In this document: piece after piece, positions 42,068 through 53,906 of the stretch | Numbering within the stretch: position 1 is the first letter of the stretch | How the letters are laid out: the number at the start of each line of letters is the position of its first letter | NCBI RefSeq assembly: GCF_041146345.1 | Contig: NW_027191411.1 | Span: forward strand, 1,798,001 to 1,862,000 | Direction of reading: 5' to 3' | DNA from: Neodothiora populina | Lineage: Eukaryota | DNA length: 64,000 nucleotides | Translations under genes and position numbers: made by a program | Notes under the pieces: model-generated | The model's input: only the letters and a program-made list of their open reading frames with translations | The model's database searches: none | Told to the model about the DNA's origin: nothing

Positions 42068-42173
42068 ACAAACTGTACAAGTACGCTGTCTCATCAGGAA
42101 CCGTATCGATCTGGCATTTTGTGTCGTATACACCACAAGTGCTCGAAGCCGCGCTGCATCTTGAGGACGTAGC

Positions 42174-42485
42174 TCAAGGGAGCCCGAACCACTTATCTAC
42201 CAGGAGTTGTTCAGCCGTTGGCCTGTCCCTCGGATCCATCTTCATGATCTTACATGTGAAGTCTTTGTCATCCTGAGTGACCTCCTCATCTTGAAGCAAA
42301 TAGAATAGTTTACGCAAATAGTTGTCTTCGATATGATAAAGAATTGAAGCAAGTATCTGGTTTTGCTGCTCGTCAATAAAATCCTCATAACTATCAGGGA
42401 ATGGTCCAAAAAACCGAGCTTGCTGTGTAAGGACATGGAATGGGTATCCGTCAAGCCTCCAGTATACTTTTGGCAACAAGTTCAA
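42174..42485 (-). pseudogene. Protein kinase C-terminal fragment (fungal lineage-expanded SRPK/CMGC-like type)
   Basis: YPFHVLTQQARFFGPFP and DKDFTCKIMKMDPRDRPTAEQLLVDKWF (subdomains X-XI). No ATG-led N-lobe, catalytic loop or DFG is visible upstream. Confidence 0.75.
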
Positions 42486-42827
42486 AATCAGACCTGCTTA
42501 GTTCCGCCTTTCCAGACACTTCTGACGCATCGCAATTAAGTTGTTCTAGCACAAGACAACGAGGCTCATCGATGACTTCGACGAATTGGCGAATACATGG
42601 ATGACCACTACATCAGTACGATCAGTACTGCTGCGAATACCGAAAGTCAAAAGTTTCTGATGAGCTGAAGTCTGTCTGTTTCTACGCATACCTAGCACTC
42701 TAGATCGTATCGTACAATCTTCGAGTTATCGAGTATGTGTTCTTAAGACCTTTGACAGCCTGACCTATCTTAATGCCATCTTGACAAGATAAGGTATGCT
42801 AGGTACTTACTGTAATTACATTGCAGC

Positions 42828-43125
42828 AAGCTCCCCTCTTCGACGACCCCGGTTGCCAAAACGTGGAGGGAGGGCACAGACTCTGCGTCCAGAACCACGC
42901 GGAGAAAGCACGGACTTCCTCTTGAGGTCATCTCCATGTCGCGTGGATGCAGGTGCAGGGTGGGTTTTGGTCAAGACAGACGGAGTTCGGCCCCCGCGCA
43001 CTCGATGATCACCTACTCTCCATGACCTTCGCTCGGCTGCTTTGCCCCCGAGGCGTGGGAAAACGACTTCGACGTCTACAAGAGTCGCGTGGCGGCGTCT
43101 GGACCTATTCCAGAACGCCAATGGC
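42828..43125 (+). ncRNA. Structured non-coding element, copy B (candidate ncRNA, family unassigned)
   Basis: Same conserved blocks as copy A plus several extra hairpins. G-U wobbles fall on the + strand. Confidence 0.5.
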
Positions 43126-43334
43126 GTTTGGTTCACCTGGCAGTGTATTGCATTGTATTCTATTGTAAGCACATCTTAGACCACATCTTCATGTTGTATC
43201 CAACGGGAGTCTCTACACGAGTAAAAGAGTGATATATATTGGCAAAAAAATTGGTTCATTTCATTTACGTCAAGACATTTACATGAGGCAAGGTATCAAT
43301 CTTCATAATCTGCACACATCGACACCACGATCTC

Positions 43335-45003
43335 TTAACCAAAGAGAGCATCGCCGAGTCTGATGCTGACCGTCTTGGTCTGCGAGTAGTTGTCGAGGGC
43401 TGCCTCGCCGAGCTCGCGACCGATACCAGACTCCTTGAAACCACCGAATGGCAGTTGCCAGTGGAGCATGTTGTAGCAGTTGACCCAGACGGTACCTGCG
43501 CGAAGAGCGTTCGACACCTCGAGGGCGGTGTTCAGGTTGCTTGTGTGTACTGCGGCAGCGAGACCGTCTGTTTGAATTCCACTGTCAGTATATGGCTGAG
43601 GACAAGACCCTTCACAAAAATAACTCACATGTTGTGCTGTTGCCAACGCGAATGGCATCCTCCTTGGTCTTGAACTTGGCGATCGAGCACACGGGTCCGA
43701 AGATCTCCTCTTGCATGATCTTCATGTCCTCCTTGACGTTCGAGAAAATGGTGGGTTCGATGAAGTAACCCTGGTCACCCTTGCGCTTGCCACCAGTCTC
43801 GATGACTGCGCCCTCCTTCTCACCCTCCTTGATGTAGCTGTCGTACAAGTCAGCAAGTGTACAATCGTATTGTAAGCATGGAATGCGTACCCCATGATTC
43901 TGTCGAATTGAAGCTGCGAAACCTGAGGTCCCTGGAAGGTATCCTTGGAGTATGGGTCGCCGACGACGTTCTTTGATGCTCTTTCCTTGAATCTCTGGAC
44001 AAACTTGTCGTAAATGCCCTCCTGCACGTAGACTCTGCTGCCTGCGCAACAGCACTGGCCGTGGTTGAAGAAGATACCGAAGTTGACCCAGGAGATGGCG
44101 TTGTCGATGTCGGCGTCGTCGAAGACAATGTTGGGCGACTTGCCACCGAGCTCGAGAGTGACCTTTTTCAAGTTACTGGCAGCGGCTGCCTTCATGATCT
44201 GTCGGCCGACAACGGTCGATCCAGTAAATGCCACCTTGTCGACATCCATGTGAGAGGCAATGGCTGCACCGGCGATCTTTCCGAATCCAGAAACGACGTT
44301 GATGACACCGTTGGGGAAACCGGCCTCCTTGACAAGGCGGGCTGCGACGAGGCCAGAGAGGGGAGTCTGCTCAGCAGTCTTGAGAACGATGGTGTTACCG
44401 CAAGCAATGGCAGGACCAATCTTCCATGCCCACATAAGGATGGGGAAGTTCCATGGGATGATCTGACCGCACACGCCAATCTACAAAGGGCCAGTCAGTA
44501 ACTGCTAAGATGGAAATCACACGATCCAAGGTATAACTCACAGGTTCCTTCTTGATGTAGTTGAAGTGGTCGGGGTTGGTATCTACGACCTTGCCCTCGA
44601 TCTTGTCTGCCCATCCACCGTAGTATCTCAAGCAGCCGGACGCAGCTGCGATATCGCCCTTGGCCATGCTGAAGGCCTTGCCGTTGTCCAATGACTCGAC
44701 AGCGGCGAGGAGATCCGAGTTCTCGTCGAAGAGATCGGCGAGCTTGAGGAGGTACTTGCCACGGTCACAAGGAGTGACCTTTCGCCACTCACCCTCGAAT
44801 GCCTTGCGGGCAGCAGCGACTGCGGTATCGATATCCTTCTCGCTGGCTTCCTGGACCTGGCAGATGACCTTTTCGGTCGAGGGGTTGATGACATCGAATG
44901 CCTTGCCATCGGCGGCCTTGACGAACTCGCCGTCAATGAAGAGGCCGGTGGGCTGCTCGTACTTGCCCGTCACGGGAGTCTCGAGCTGAACTGAAAGACT
45001 CAT
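43335..45003 (-). CDS. aldA: NAD-dependent aldehyde dehydrogenase (AldA-type)
   Basis: [51 protein letters not shown] and [15 protein letters not shown]. Three introns. Confidence 0.95.
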
Positions 45004-46522
45004 TGTGCAGCTATGTGTGTGTGTGTATGTATATGTGGAGATCTGGGTATACGTCTTAGGAGAATCGGGTATCACAAGAGAAGAAAAGAACAGAAGTAAA
45101 AGGACAAGTGACCACAAGGCGTAGAGGGTAGGTGAGGGGCGCCTTATGTACAGCTGGATGAATGTCGTAAAAGATTAACCTGCCTTTCTCCCCACCGAGC
45201 AAGTGCTCCACTCGTCCAGAATGCTAAAATCTGGCAGGAAAGGAATGGCGAAAATGGAGTCATCTGATTGGCCATTGGCTCCAAATAATACATCAAGGTT
45301 TAGGGGTTGGTGACCTCGGCCATGAGGGTGTCTAAGTGGGGTGCAACCAAGAGCTACCCCGCATATCGCTTCGTTCTTGGTGAAGAGTTCCGAGATTGGT
45401 AAGGGGAGCGTTTAGTACCAGGACCACCGTATTCCTTCCGTGGAGCCTCGCCCAATCGATGCATGCTCCACCGAGTTAAGCTTATGAGGTTCTCGCTTGT
45501 TGCTGAGATCTCCTTTGTACAATCCGGGTCATAGAGAATCATCTGGTGTTTCCATCATCTTCATGATTGATGAAGCAACAGCAGCAGTGACGACAATGGT
45601 GCTATATGGTACTGCTGAGCGCACCCCACACCCCATCTCCACAACAACCCCAGCTCGGTCCATCAACCAGCCGATGACCAATGCTCGTGAAAATCACAGC
45701 CGGATTGATGGCAGCGTCGCAATGCTTCACTTGGCGAAATCTGTAGGACACACAGCAAAGCTCTCTGCATGGTTAGGGGTGATTTCAAAGCGTCCTGCGC
45801 TACCCCTGCACTGGGTGAGGTGCCTAAAGCTGCTTAGAGATAGGACAAGATACAGTACGTTCCATGAGCCATCTAGATGGCAAGGAAAAAGTCCAGCTTA
45901 GACGCGGCTGTACCCATCCCCGCATCATTATTACTGCTTGAAGACATTACCTTAATGTACTGTATAGTACTTGAAAAGTGTACCTATTGGTACGTATCCT
46001 ATCGTTGTTCTCCGACAGATACAGTAGATCAGATTTGGCCCGGCAGACCGGAGGTGCACCTGACCTGGCGCTTCGGTCCAGAATAGCTTCAGAGCATTAA
46101 TTTCATCTTCGCGTCGGAGGAATGGGCCGAGAAGATTCCTGGACGCCCCTGTGCTCCATGATCACCCCAAACTGCTCGGGAGCTACGAGAGGGGCTGTGT
46201 CAACTTGCTTTGATCCGTCCGTGTGGCAATAAACAGCGGCATGAGCGCGTCGCACAAGCTCCGAGATGGCAGAATTGTTATTGCCCTTAGCAGGCCAAGG
46301 ATTTGACCGGCAGCTTTAAACGCAAGACTCCAATCAGTTAACAGCAGGGTCATGCCGGTTGTGATATTGCATTGCATCGTGCCCACAAACCGGCGGCTTA
46401 TCTTGCGTCCATCGAGCAATATCGATGCAGGTGAGGCCTAACATTGTGTCAAGTTGGCGAATCGGCACATAAAGCGGGAGCCTACACGTGCATATGACCA
46501 CTAAACCAGAATATTATGCGAA

Positions 46523-47990
46523 TCAGGCAAATTGAGACATTGCCCACACATTCAATGTGTTATCGAGGCGCCCCGTCTCGGACATGGTTGCGCTGGAAGG
46601 GTGACCAGCGCTATCTGTCTCGGTGTCTGAATCGTCCAAAGGCAGCAAATCCTCGGGAGGCAACCTCTGGCCAGACGTTGTTACAAGGAGATGTGCTGTA
46701 GGATGTAGCAGAACACTGCTGATGGTGTCTGAGCTGGCTCTGAATGCGCCGTCTGGTTCGACTGGCCCTTCTCTGCTGGTGACGTTCTTCCACTCCCTGA
46801 ATATGCCGTCGGTGCCGCCGGCCCAAAGATCTACGCCCTGGCCCGGCGTATCAGCCAAGTCAAAGCCGAGTCTCTGGGGCGTCTTTGCCTTTCTTCCCTG
46901 CAGCCATGCCATGCGCTTGCCCGTGACACGCACATCATAGATAAGGAGAGCATCACTCTGTCGCTCAGCGACGAAGAGATAGCGGCCGTCTCCACTCCAC
47001 TTGATCTGACTTACGCCGTTTCCCACCACGCCTGATTCTTTTTCTCCATGCTCGCGGAGCTCGAAGCTGGCTGCACATGCTCCTCGACCCTGGCCTTCGA
47101 AAAGAGCTATCTGTCTGTTTGTGCTTCCTGCGGCCAGAATCTCGCTCGATGGGTCGATTGCAAGAGCATTGATGATACCACTGATTTCAACGTGTGAGAC
47201 ACCAAACATCTTTCTCGCGCGGGCGCTTCTTCGAGACTTGTGTTCTTCCACCGGGCCTTCACCATTGCGCTGAAGATCGAAAATTGCGAGGGCGTTGTTA
47301 GTACCGGCGACAAAGTGCGTTGCATCATTGGTGAAGGCGAACGAGGCTGGCGAGACGAAAGCCTCGGTCTGTTCATTCACCCAGGAGTAGGTCGAGACAG
47401 TGAAGCCAAAGTCCAGGATATTGGTGAGTCTGATGGGCAGGGACTGTTGGGAGACGAGAGCCAGCGTCGACGAGGGCTGCGAAAGGTCGAAGTAAGGGTA
47501 CAGGGCAAAAGCGTGCGAGGTGGCGTATGTCGAAGTCGAGTAGGCAGGCAGAGGGTGTGGTGCTGGTGAAAGATCTAGAAGGGTGGGAGGACTGTGTTTG
47601 AAGGGATTGAAATTAGATGCATGTACAATTACATCTGCATTGATGAAATTCTGTTGAAGATCTTCACCTGATGATTTGGCTGCTCTTGCATCCTTTTTTT
47701 CAGAAAAGCAACAGAGATGATAGAGTAAAAAACAGTGCGAGGTCAGGATGAAAGAAGACCTACAGAATGAACGATCGATAGGCTTGATCTTCACTATATG
47801 TGACTATGGTGCTACCATCTGCGGAGATCTGCGCAGAGCGGAAACAGTTGCTCTGCAATCCATCCTGTCGCAAGCCAGGGTAAGGACTGAATAATTCCTC
47901 TCGATGTGGATTGCAGCCTGCGACAGAGGTGCAGAAGGTCTTGCCTGTCGAAGCTATGCAGTGTGGCTCGAAGTCACTCTGAGCTGTCAT
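46523..47990 (-). CDS. WD40 protein WDR79/TCAB1 (Swt21-like)
   Basis: FRSAQISADGSTIVTYSED, YPYFDL, GNGVSQIKWS and TPQRLGFD. Intron near 47592-47763. Confidence 0.8.
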
Positions 47991-48156
47991 GACGACAATT
48001 TCAGAGTATCCACGCTATTGCAACAGTTACATATACCTTATCCGCCAGAACAGACATGACATGATAATCAACGATGATCTGGTGTTTGAAAGGATTAGGT
48101 ATGTTAAGGTGATTGATATGCTGCTACACACTATGTCCTTCTATATCCGGCCGAGG

Positions 48157-48169
48157 TTCTGGAAAATTC
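48157..48169. promoter_or_regulatory. Heat-shock element (TTCnnGAAnnTTC)
   Basis: TTC-TG-GAA-AA-TTC about 200 bp upstream of the HSP10 ATG. Confidence 0.75.
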
Positions 48170-48372
48170 GGCGGCTTTTGGAAATGGCAGCAGCGGCGCG
48201 GAAAGGGAAGTTGCGCATCTCCACACTGCAACCGATCAAGTATTCTTTATACCACTTTTATATTCCTCATTCCAGACCTCATTGCCCACCGCTGCATATA
48301 TACACTTTTCTCTATCCGACTCTCCCTTCTCAAAAGTAAAGTCTATACTTTTTTGCTTTCCATTCAGCCAAA

Positions 48373-49051
48373 ATGGTAAGTCGATCCGTCTTTGCCTTGG
48401 ACCTTGAAGAACAGTCACGAGATGGGAAGTTCGAAAGAGATACCGAGCTGACACCTGCTCCACCAGTCTTCCATCGCCGCCAAGTCAATCAAGTCCCTCG
48501 CTCCCCTCCTCGACCGTGTCCTGGTGCAGCGCATAAAGGCCGAGACCAAGACCGCCGGTGGCATCTTCCTGCCCGAGTCTGCCGTCAAGGAGCTCAACGA
48601 GGCCAAGGTTCTTGCCGTTGGACCTGGTGCCTACGACAAGCAGGGCAAGCGCATCTCCGTCTCTGTCCAGCCTGGTGACAAGGTCTTGATTCCTCAGGTG
48701 AGTCTTTTGTTCTCGATGGGATAGGGTCGGAGTGGGTGGGTGGGGATGAGCTGGGTGCTGCAAAGGCTAGAAGAATTGGTCATGGAGAAAATGAGAGCAA
48801 GATAAAAGAGCCACACCACAGGCATTGGCGGACCTGGTAGAGATATGACAAGAACGAGAACAAGTCGACTGACGTTTGCTTCTCACCACAGTTCGGCGGT
48901 TCCCCCATCAAGGTCGGAGAGGACGAGTACACCCTCTTCCGGGACCACGAGTAAGTCTTACCAACATCCAACACCCATCTACAACAATCCAAGCAACAGA
49001 CCACTAATCGTTGACACCTCCCTCAGGCTCCTCGCCAAGATCAACGAGTAA
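48373..49051 (+). CDS. HSP10: Mitochondrial 10 kDa co-chaperonin
   Basis: ATG-only first coding exon, then (from 48467) PLLDRVLVQRIKAETKTAGGIFLPE...VLAVGPG...GDKVLIPQ|FGGSPIKV...|LLAKINE. Confidence 0.95.
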
Positions 49052-49673
49052 ACGCATTTACGCAAGGACTCCGAAGATAACCAGAAAAAAGAAAAAAAGA
49101 AGAGAAGAAAAATAATCACATACCCATCCCACATATACTCAACGCCAACCATGTACTGCTAGCTACGGTCCTCCCCCTCTTGTATAATAACCACCAACAA
49201 AAATCACTCCAGCAAAACTTCTCGATTTCAAAAGTGTCTCGTACTCCATGTCCTGCTGATTTTTTTATTAATGATGCTCAGGCACTGAATCGTTGTACTA
49301 TGAATTCTTCGATGTCTTTTCCTCCACAGTGCCTGCGTCGTCACACTTCCATCAATTCCTGCCAGCTAGATGAACAAAAGAAGGAACGTCGAGAGCACCA
49401 CTACCCGAGAGATGGGATCAATGCCTATGGTCACGTAATATTGTTTCATCTGTCATCATCGCAGGAGGCTTCTTGTACTTGGTTAACATGATAACACTTT
49501 GATGTACAGAGAGAAAAATAGGCCTCACGTTGGAGATACGATGAAATCCATTTTGTGGAGCAGAAACAAACATGGCTTTCGTTGGTGTCTCGCGTAATAC
49601 TTTTTATATATTTCCATTTATGGCGAATAATTCATGAAACGAGAATTAGAAAACAACAGGTCAATCTAGTTAC

Positions 49674-51485
49674 CTATCCCTTGACAATCTCTCCGGGACC
49701 AGTGGGGGCCTTGCCGTCCATCTCGAGCTGAACCTCCTCGCGCACGATATCCTTGACATCGGACCAGGTGGCGCCGTTCTTGACGATCGTGACTCTCTTG
49801 GGCTTGCTCTCGAGTCCGACGAACTGTTCGGGCTGGACGGCGGCGAAGGTGAAGCCCGACTGGGACTTGAGTGCTTCTTCGACTGCAGAGGAGAACTTGG
49901 CCGGGTGCGCGGTGGCTAGCGAGATGAAGTGCGTCGCGTCGGGGGAGGAGACACGGGACTGCGAGCGGTAGGAGGCTGCGATTCCGATGGCTGTGTGAGG
50001 GTCGAGGATGTATTTTCCTTGGTTCACCGTGCCCGAGGTGGCGTAGGCGCCGCTCTTGTCGCCGCCGATGGGCTCGACGGGCAGACCGGAAGAGTAGGTG
50101 CTGGTGATCTGCTCGAGGGTCTGCTTGTCGCTGACGCGCTCGGATTCGAAATCCCCCTTTGCGGCGGCCAGCACGGCGGATTCGACTCCAAACCCTCCGT
50201 TGGTCTTGAGGTCGTCGAGCCAGTTCTTGACTTGTTGGCCTGCTGTCTTCCTCTTCTCCTTCACGTCGGTGCTACTACCGCCGTGGACTCGGTAGGACAG
50301 GTACCAGAGCAGACGCTCAAAGTTGCTGGAAACAAGAATGTCCATGGCGGGGGCGAGTGTCTCCTTGACGCCCTCGGAGTGGGCTTTTGCTCCGTCGTCT
50401 TCGAATCCACCTTCTGCTGCGCGACCGTGGACGGCCTTCTTCTCGTAGTAGCCGGTCTGCCAGAAGCGGTGGAGGATGTCGTTCTCGTTTGTTGCGATGA
50501 CGAGTTTCTCGGCAGGGAGACCCATGCGCTTGGCGAAGTAACCGGCGAGGATGTCGCCAAAGTTGCCGGTCGGTACGACGAATCGAACGCTCGCGGCAGC
50601 GTCGGCAGGGAGACTGCGCACGAGGGTGAAGTATGAGTGGAAGTAGTAGGTGATCTGAGCGAGGATACGGGCCCAGTTGATGCTGTTGACGGCGGCCAGT
50701 TGGTGGGTGCTGTTCATGTCTGGGTCGGAGAAGAGAGCCTTGACAAAGTCCTGGCAATCATCGAAAGTGCCGTCGACAGCAAGGTTGTGTACGTTGGGGT
50801 CGAGGACGGTGGTCATTTGTGCTTCTTGCACCGGACTGACCTTACCCTTGGGGTGCATGATGAATACGGAAACATCCTTCTTGCCACGAAGACCGTAGAT
50901 GGCTGCCGAGCCAGTGTCACCACTCGTGGCGCCGACGACGGTCAAGTGTGCTCTGTCAGTTCCCTCCTTGCCCTTGTTCCTGCGCACAAGGAAGTACTCG
51001 AAAAGGTTACCGAGGAATTGAAGGGCAACGTCCTTGAATGCGAAGGTGGGTCCGTGAAACAGCTCGAGCAGGTGGACGTTCTTCTTTTGGTCAAGGGTCA
51101 CGAGAGGAGTGATATCTTGGGCGCGGAAGGTGGCGTAACTGCGGTCGATGATGCCCTTGAGGTCCGCAGAGGGGATCTCGGATTGCGAAATGTAGAGAGA
51201 AAAGATCTCGAGAGCCAATTCCTGGAAAGAAAGGTTCTTCCACTTGGTCTGCCAGTCCGAGGGCAGCGAGGGGATCTCCTCGGGGATGAAGAGACCTCCG
51301 TCGTTGGCGAGACCTTTGAGGACTACATCCTCGAATGAAAGCTACACAACCTCTCAGCGTGAATTTATTTACATTACATACAATCAATGAGCGAGAGATG
51401 GATGCCATTGATTGTTGGTGGTTCGTACGTCATATGAGCCGCCTCTTGTGCTGAGGTACCTCTGCGATGCGGTATGTGATGCCAT
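49674..51485 (-). CDS. THR4: Threonine synthase
   Basis: RYLSTRGG, LELFHGPTFAFKDVALQ, ATSGDTGSAA, NSINWARILAQ, VPTGNFGD and ATAHPAKF. One intron. Confidence 0.97.
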
Positions 51486-53225
51486 ATTGTGTGGATATAT
51501 GAAAGTGTTGATATAGAGAAAGAGAGTATCACCTCAACTATCAATTACCAAAAAGTAGAGTCACAGAGGGGCAGACCAGATGTCACGCTCCCCGCCGAAA
51601 AAGATGAGAGATGGTCCCTGCCTGAATCTCCCCAGGATCGGCCCGCTTTAGGTGCAGCACGCTATGTGAAGTGCTACTAATACAAGTAAACCGATTTCCA
51701 GAGATCACGACTGGTGGGATTCTCTACAATACTGTATCCAGTGATTATTGATTGGGCCAAGTAGGAGGACCGACGCTGATCAGATGGATGAATTAGTTAG
51801 CTAGTGCAATACAAGAAAATTGAGCATCGAATCTAGCGACTGCTTGATTGCTGACTTCCTGTAGTTGAGTCTAGCCCAGATGGCGAAAGTGGCAGCTTCC
51901 GCTTGTCGGAGGCATGAAGAGAGAAAGAAGACAGAGACGGCGATATCGCTCCTGTGTCTGCTCCATCGTGTTTGCGCAGTTTGCTCTGTGATCTGGACCC
52001 CGGAGTTGTTCCTGCCAAGCGAAACGACCGTCCCAGCCATCCCGAGCAGGAGTATAAAATACTTCCTCATCCCTCACTTCTCTCTTCTTTCTTCTTTCAT
52101 GTCGACTTTACTTCATGAATCATTTTCTAAAGTTCGCGACTTCATCTGAACTCTTCACAAGAGCCACAGAACTCCAACTTGGCTGATGAGAAACATCTCC
52201 GGCGCCTCAGAGTGATACCGATTTTTGATCTTTGCTTTTCGCTTCGGCTTCTGCATCGATGGTAATGATCTCGATCCATTCGGATGTCTGGCTTCGGTCG
52301 GTCTGATTGGATAGGTGCTGTGGGACTTCTGACAGGCAGCTAAATCTTGTTGCACTTTTCATCATTGTCTGGCTTTTTTGCTGGGTCTCGGAGAAGACGT
52401 GGATCTACTGTTATAGAACTTATGCCGTGTAGAACGTAAATGACCGTCTCTACAGTCTCATCTGGCCGCATTGCGCTCGTGTTGTACGGATCGATGGACA
52501 GACTCTTCGCTTGGTTGCATTCGAGCTTGCTGTCTTGACTGAGTGCTGCCACCGACAGCATCATCACCATGTGCAGTCCCAAAGAATGTACGGCACCCTT
52601 TTGACCATACGACAACTATTGTTCTCGTCTCAAGTGCAGGAGAGATTCAGGCGATGACCTACACCATGATGCTCCAGAGACGACCCTCACATGCTTCCGG
52701 ATTATTCTATCCGGCTCTAAACTCATGGACCCCTCGCAGACGTCTTCGCTTTTGTTGTAATCGTCCTGCTCGTCTGCACAACCATATCGCTTTCTTAAGA
52801 ACCTCTTGTCCAAATACTCTTGTGGTCGATCTTTCACTGCGAGAACGGGATTCACTGCGAAAACGAGATTGCTTGTGGATCCCACTTCGACAACACATGT
52901 GTTCTCACTTTGTCGTTTCGATGTCCGCGCCGTGCCAGGTGGATAGCGCTACAATGCCTCACATCATCACCGATGCTTCACTCACACTTATTGGTAACCA
53001 GCCAATACGCACGTCTTGAAACCGGGCGAAGTGAAGGATAGCCTCACTTGAAGAGCGCCCGCCGTTCCTGTCGCCCTATTTCGCGTCCCAGCCGTCTCAG
53101 CAGCATCTTCCTTTGGCACAAACACCGTTCCATCTTCGACTCTCTCCGCTGTTCAACCATTCCATCTATCTCGAATCATCAACTCATAACCCTTTTCCGT
53201 GATACTCGAGTACGACTCCGAGAAC

Positions 53226-53906
53226 ATGTCTGTCCCACGTCTTACTCCAAAGGAGGTGGACCTTCTGACCGCTGTCGCGACTAGCGGCGAGGTCACCGTG
53301 CGTACTGTCTACAACTTCTCGTTCTATGACTACCTTATACTGAGTCAGCAAATTAGGTCAGCGACTGGGCTGCGGTTGCCACTTCTGCCGGCATGACCAC
53401 TGGCAAATACGCCCGCGATACTTGGACCGTTATCAAGAAGAAGCTGAAGGCCGCGAGCGAGGCCGCCAAAGCATCCGATGGTGATCAGCCTGCCGGCGCC
53501 ATGAGCGCTACCGACACGCCCGCCGCGAAGAAGGCCAAGAAGCCTGCTACTCTTCGCAAGCGCACTCATCAGCCTGGTCAGTCATGCTCTCACTCCACAA
53601 GGGCCCCATGAGATAGCTGTGCATTCTAGGCATCGACTTTGCTAACGCTACCTGCTGCTTTTAGCCCAGTCCGACGACGAGGATGACTATGTCCCCCGTT
53701 CCCTCCCTACCAAGAAGGGTGTTGCTCGCGCCAAGGGTACTCCACGCACCAGCAAGAAAGCCAAAGTCGCAGCCGCCACCAACGACGACGAGATCGACTT
53801 CGACCAGGCTGAAGTCAACAAAAGCAAGAAGCGTGGAGTCGACGAGGAACCCGTCGACGACGATGCCGAGCTCTACGCCGAGCTTGGAATCAGCGACGAA
53901 GCTTGA
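53226..53906 (+). CDS. Small Lys/Ala-rich protein with N-terminal Myb-like helical domain
   Basis: Three exons with canonical splice sites give MSVPRLTPKEVDLL...|VSDWAAVATSAGMTTGKYARDTWTVIKKKL...|AQSDDEDD...GISDEA*. Confidence 0.7.

Noticed and set aside
42828..43125. Assigning the structured element to RNase P/MRP, telomerase RNA, SRP RNA, an H/ACA snoRNA or an HDV-like ribozyme
   Set aside because: Only partial look-alikes are present (GAAGTCC and GGGGCTT-like motifs on the - strand, AAAGCA as an H box). There is no consistent P4 pairing, no TAACCC template, no SRP helix-8 motif, no 3' ACA in copy B and no HDV P1-P3 nesting.
51558..51563. TGACTC Gcn4/CpcA-like site upstream of THR4
   Set aside because: A single imperfect hexamer. 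Biologically plausible but not distinguishable from chance.
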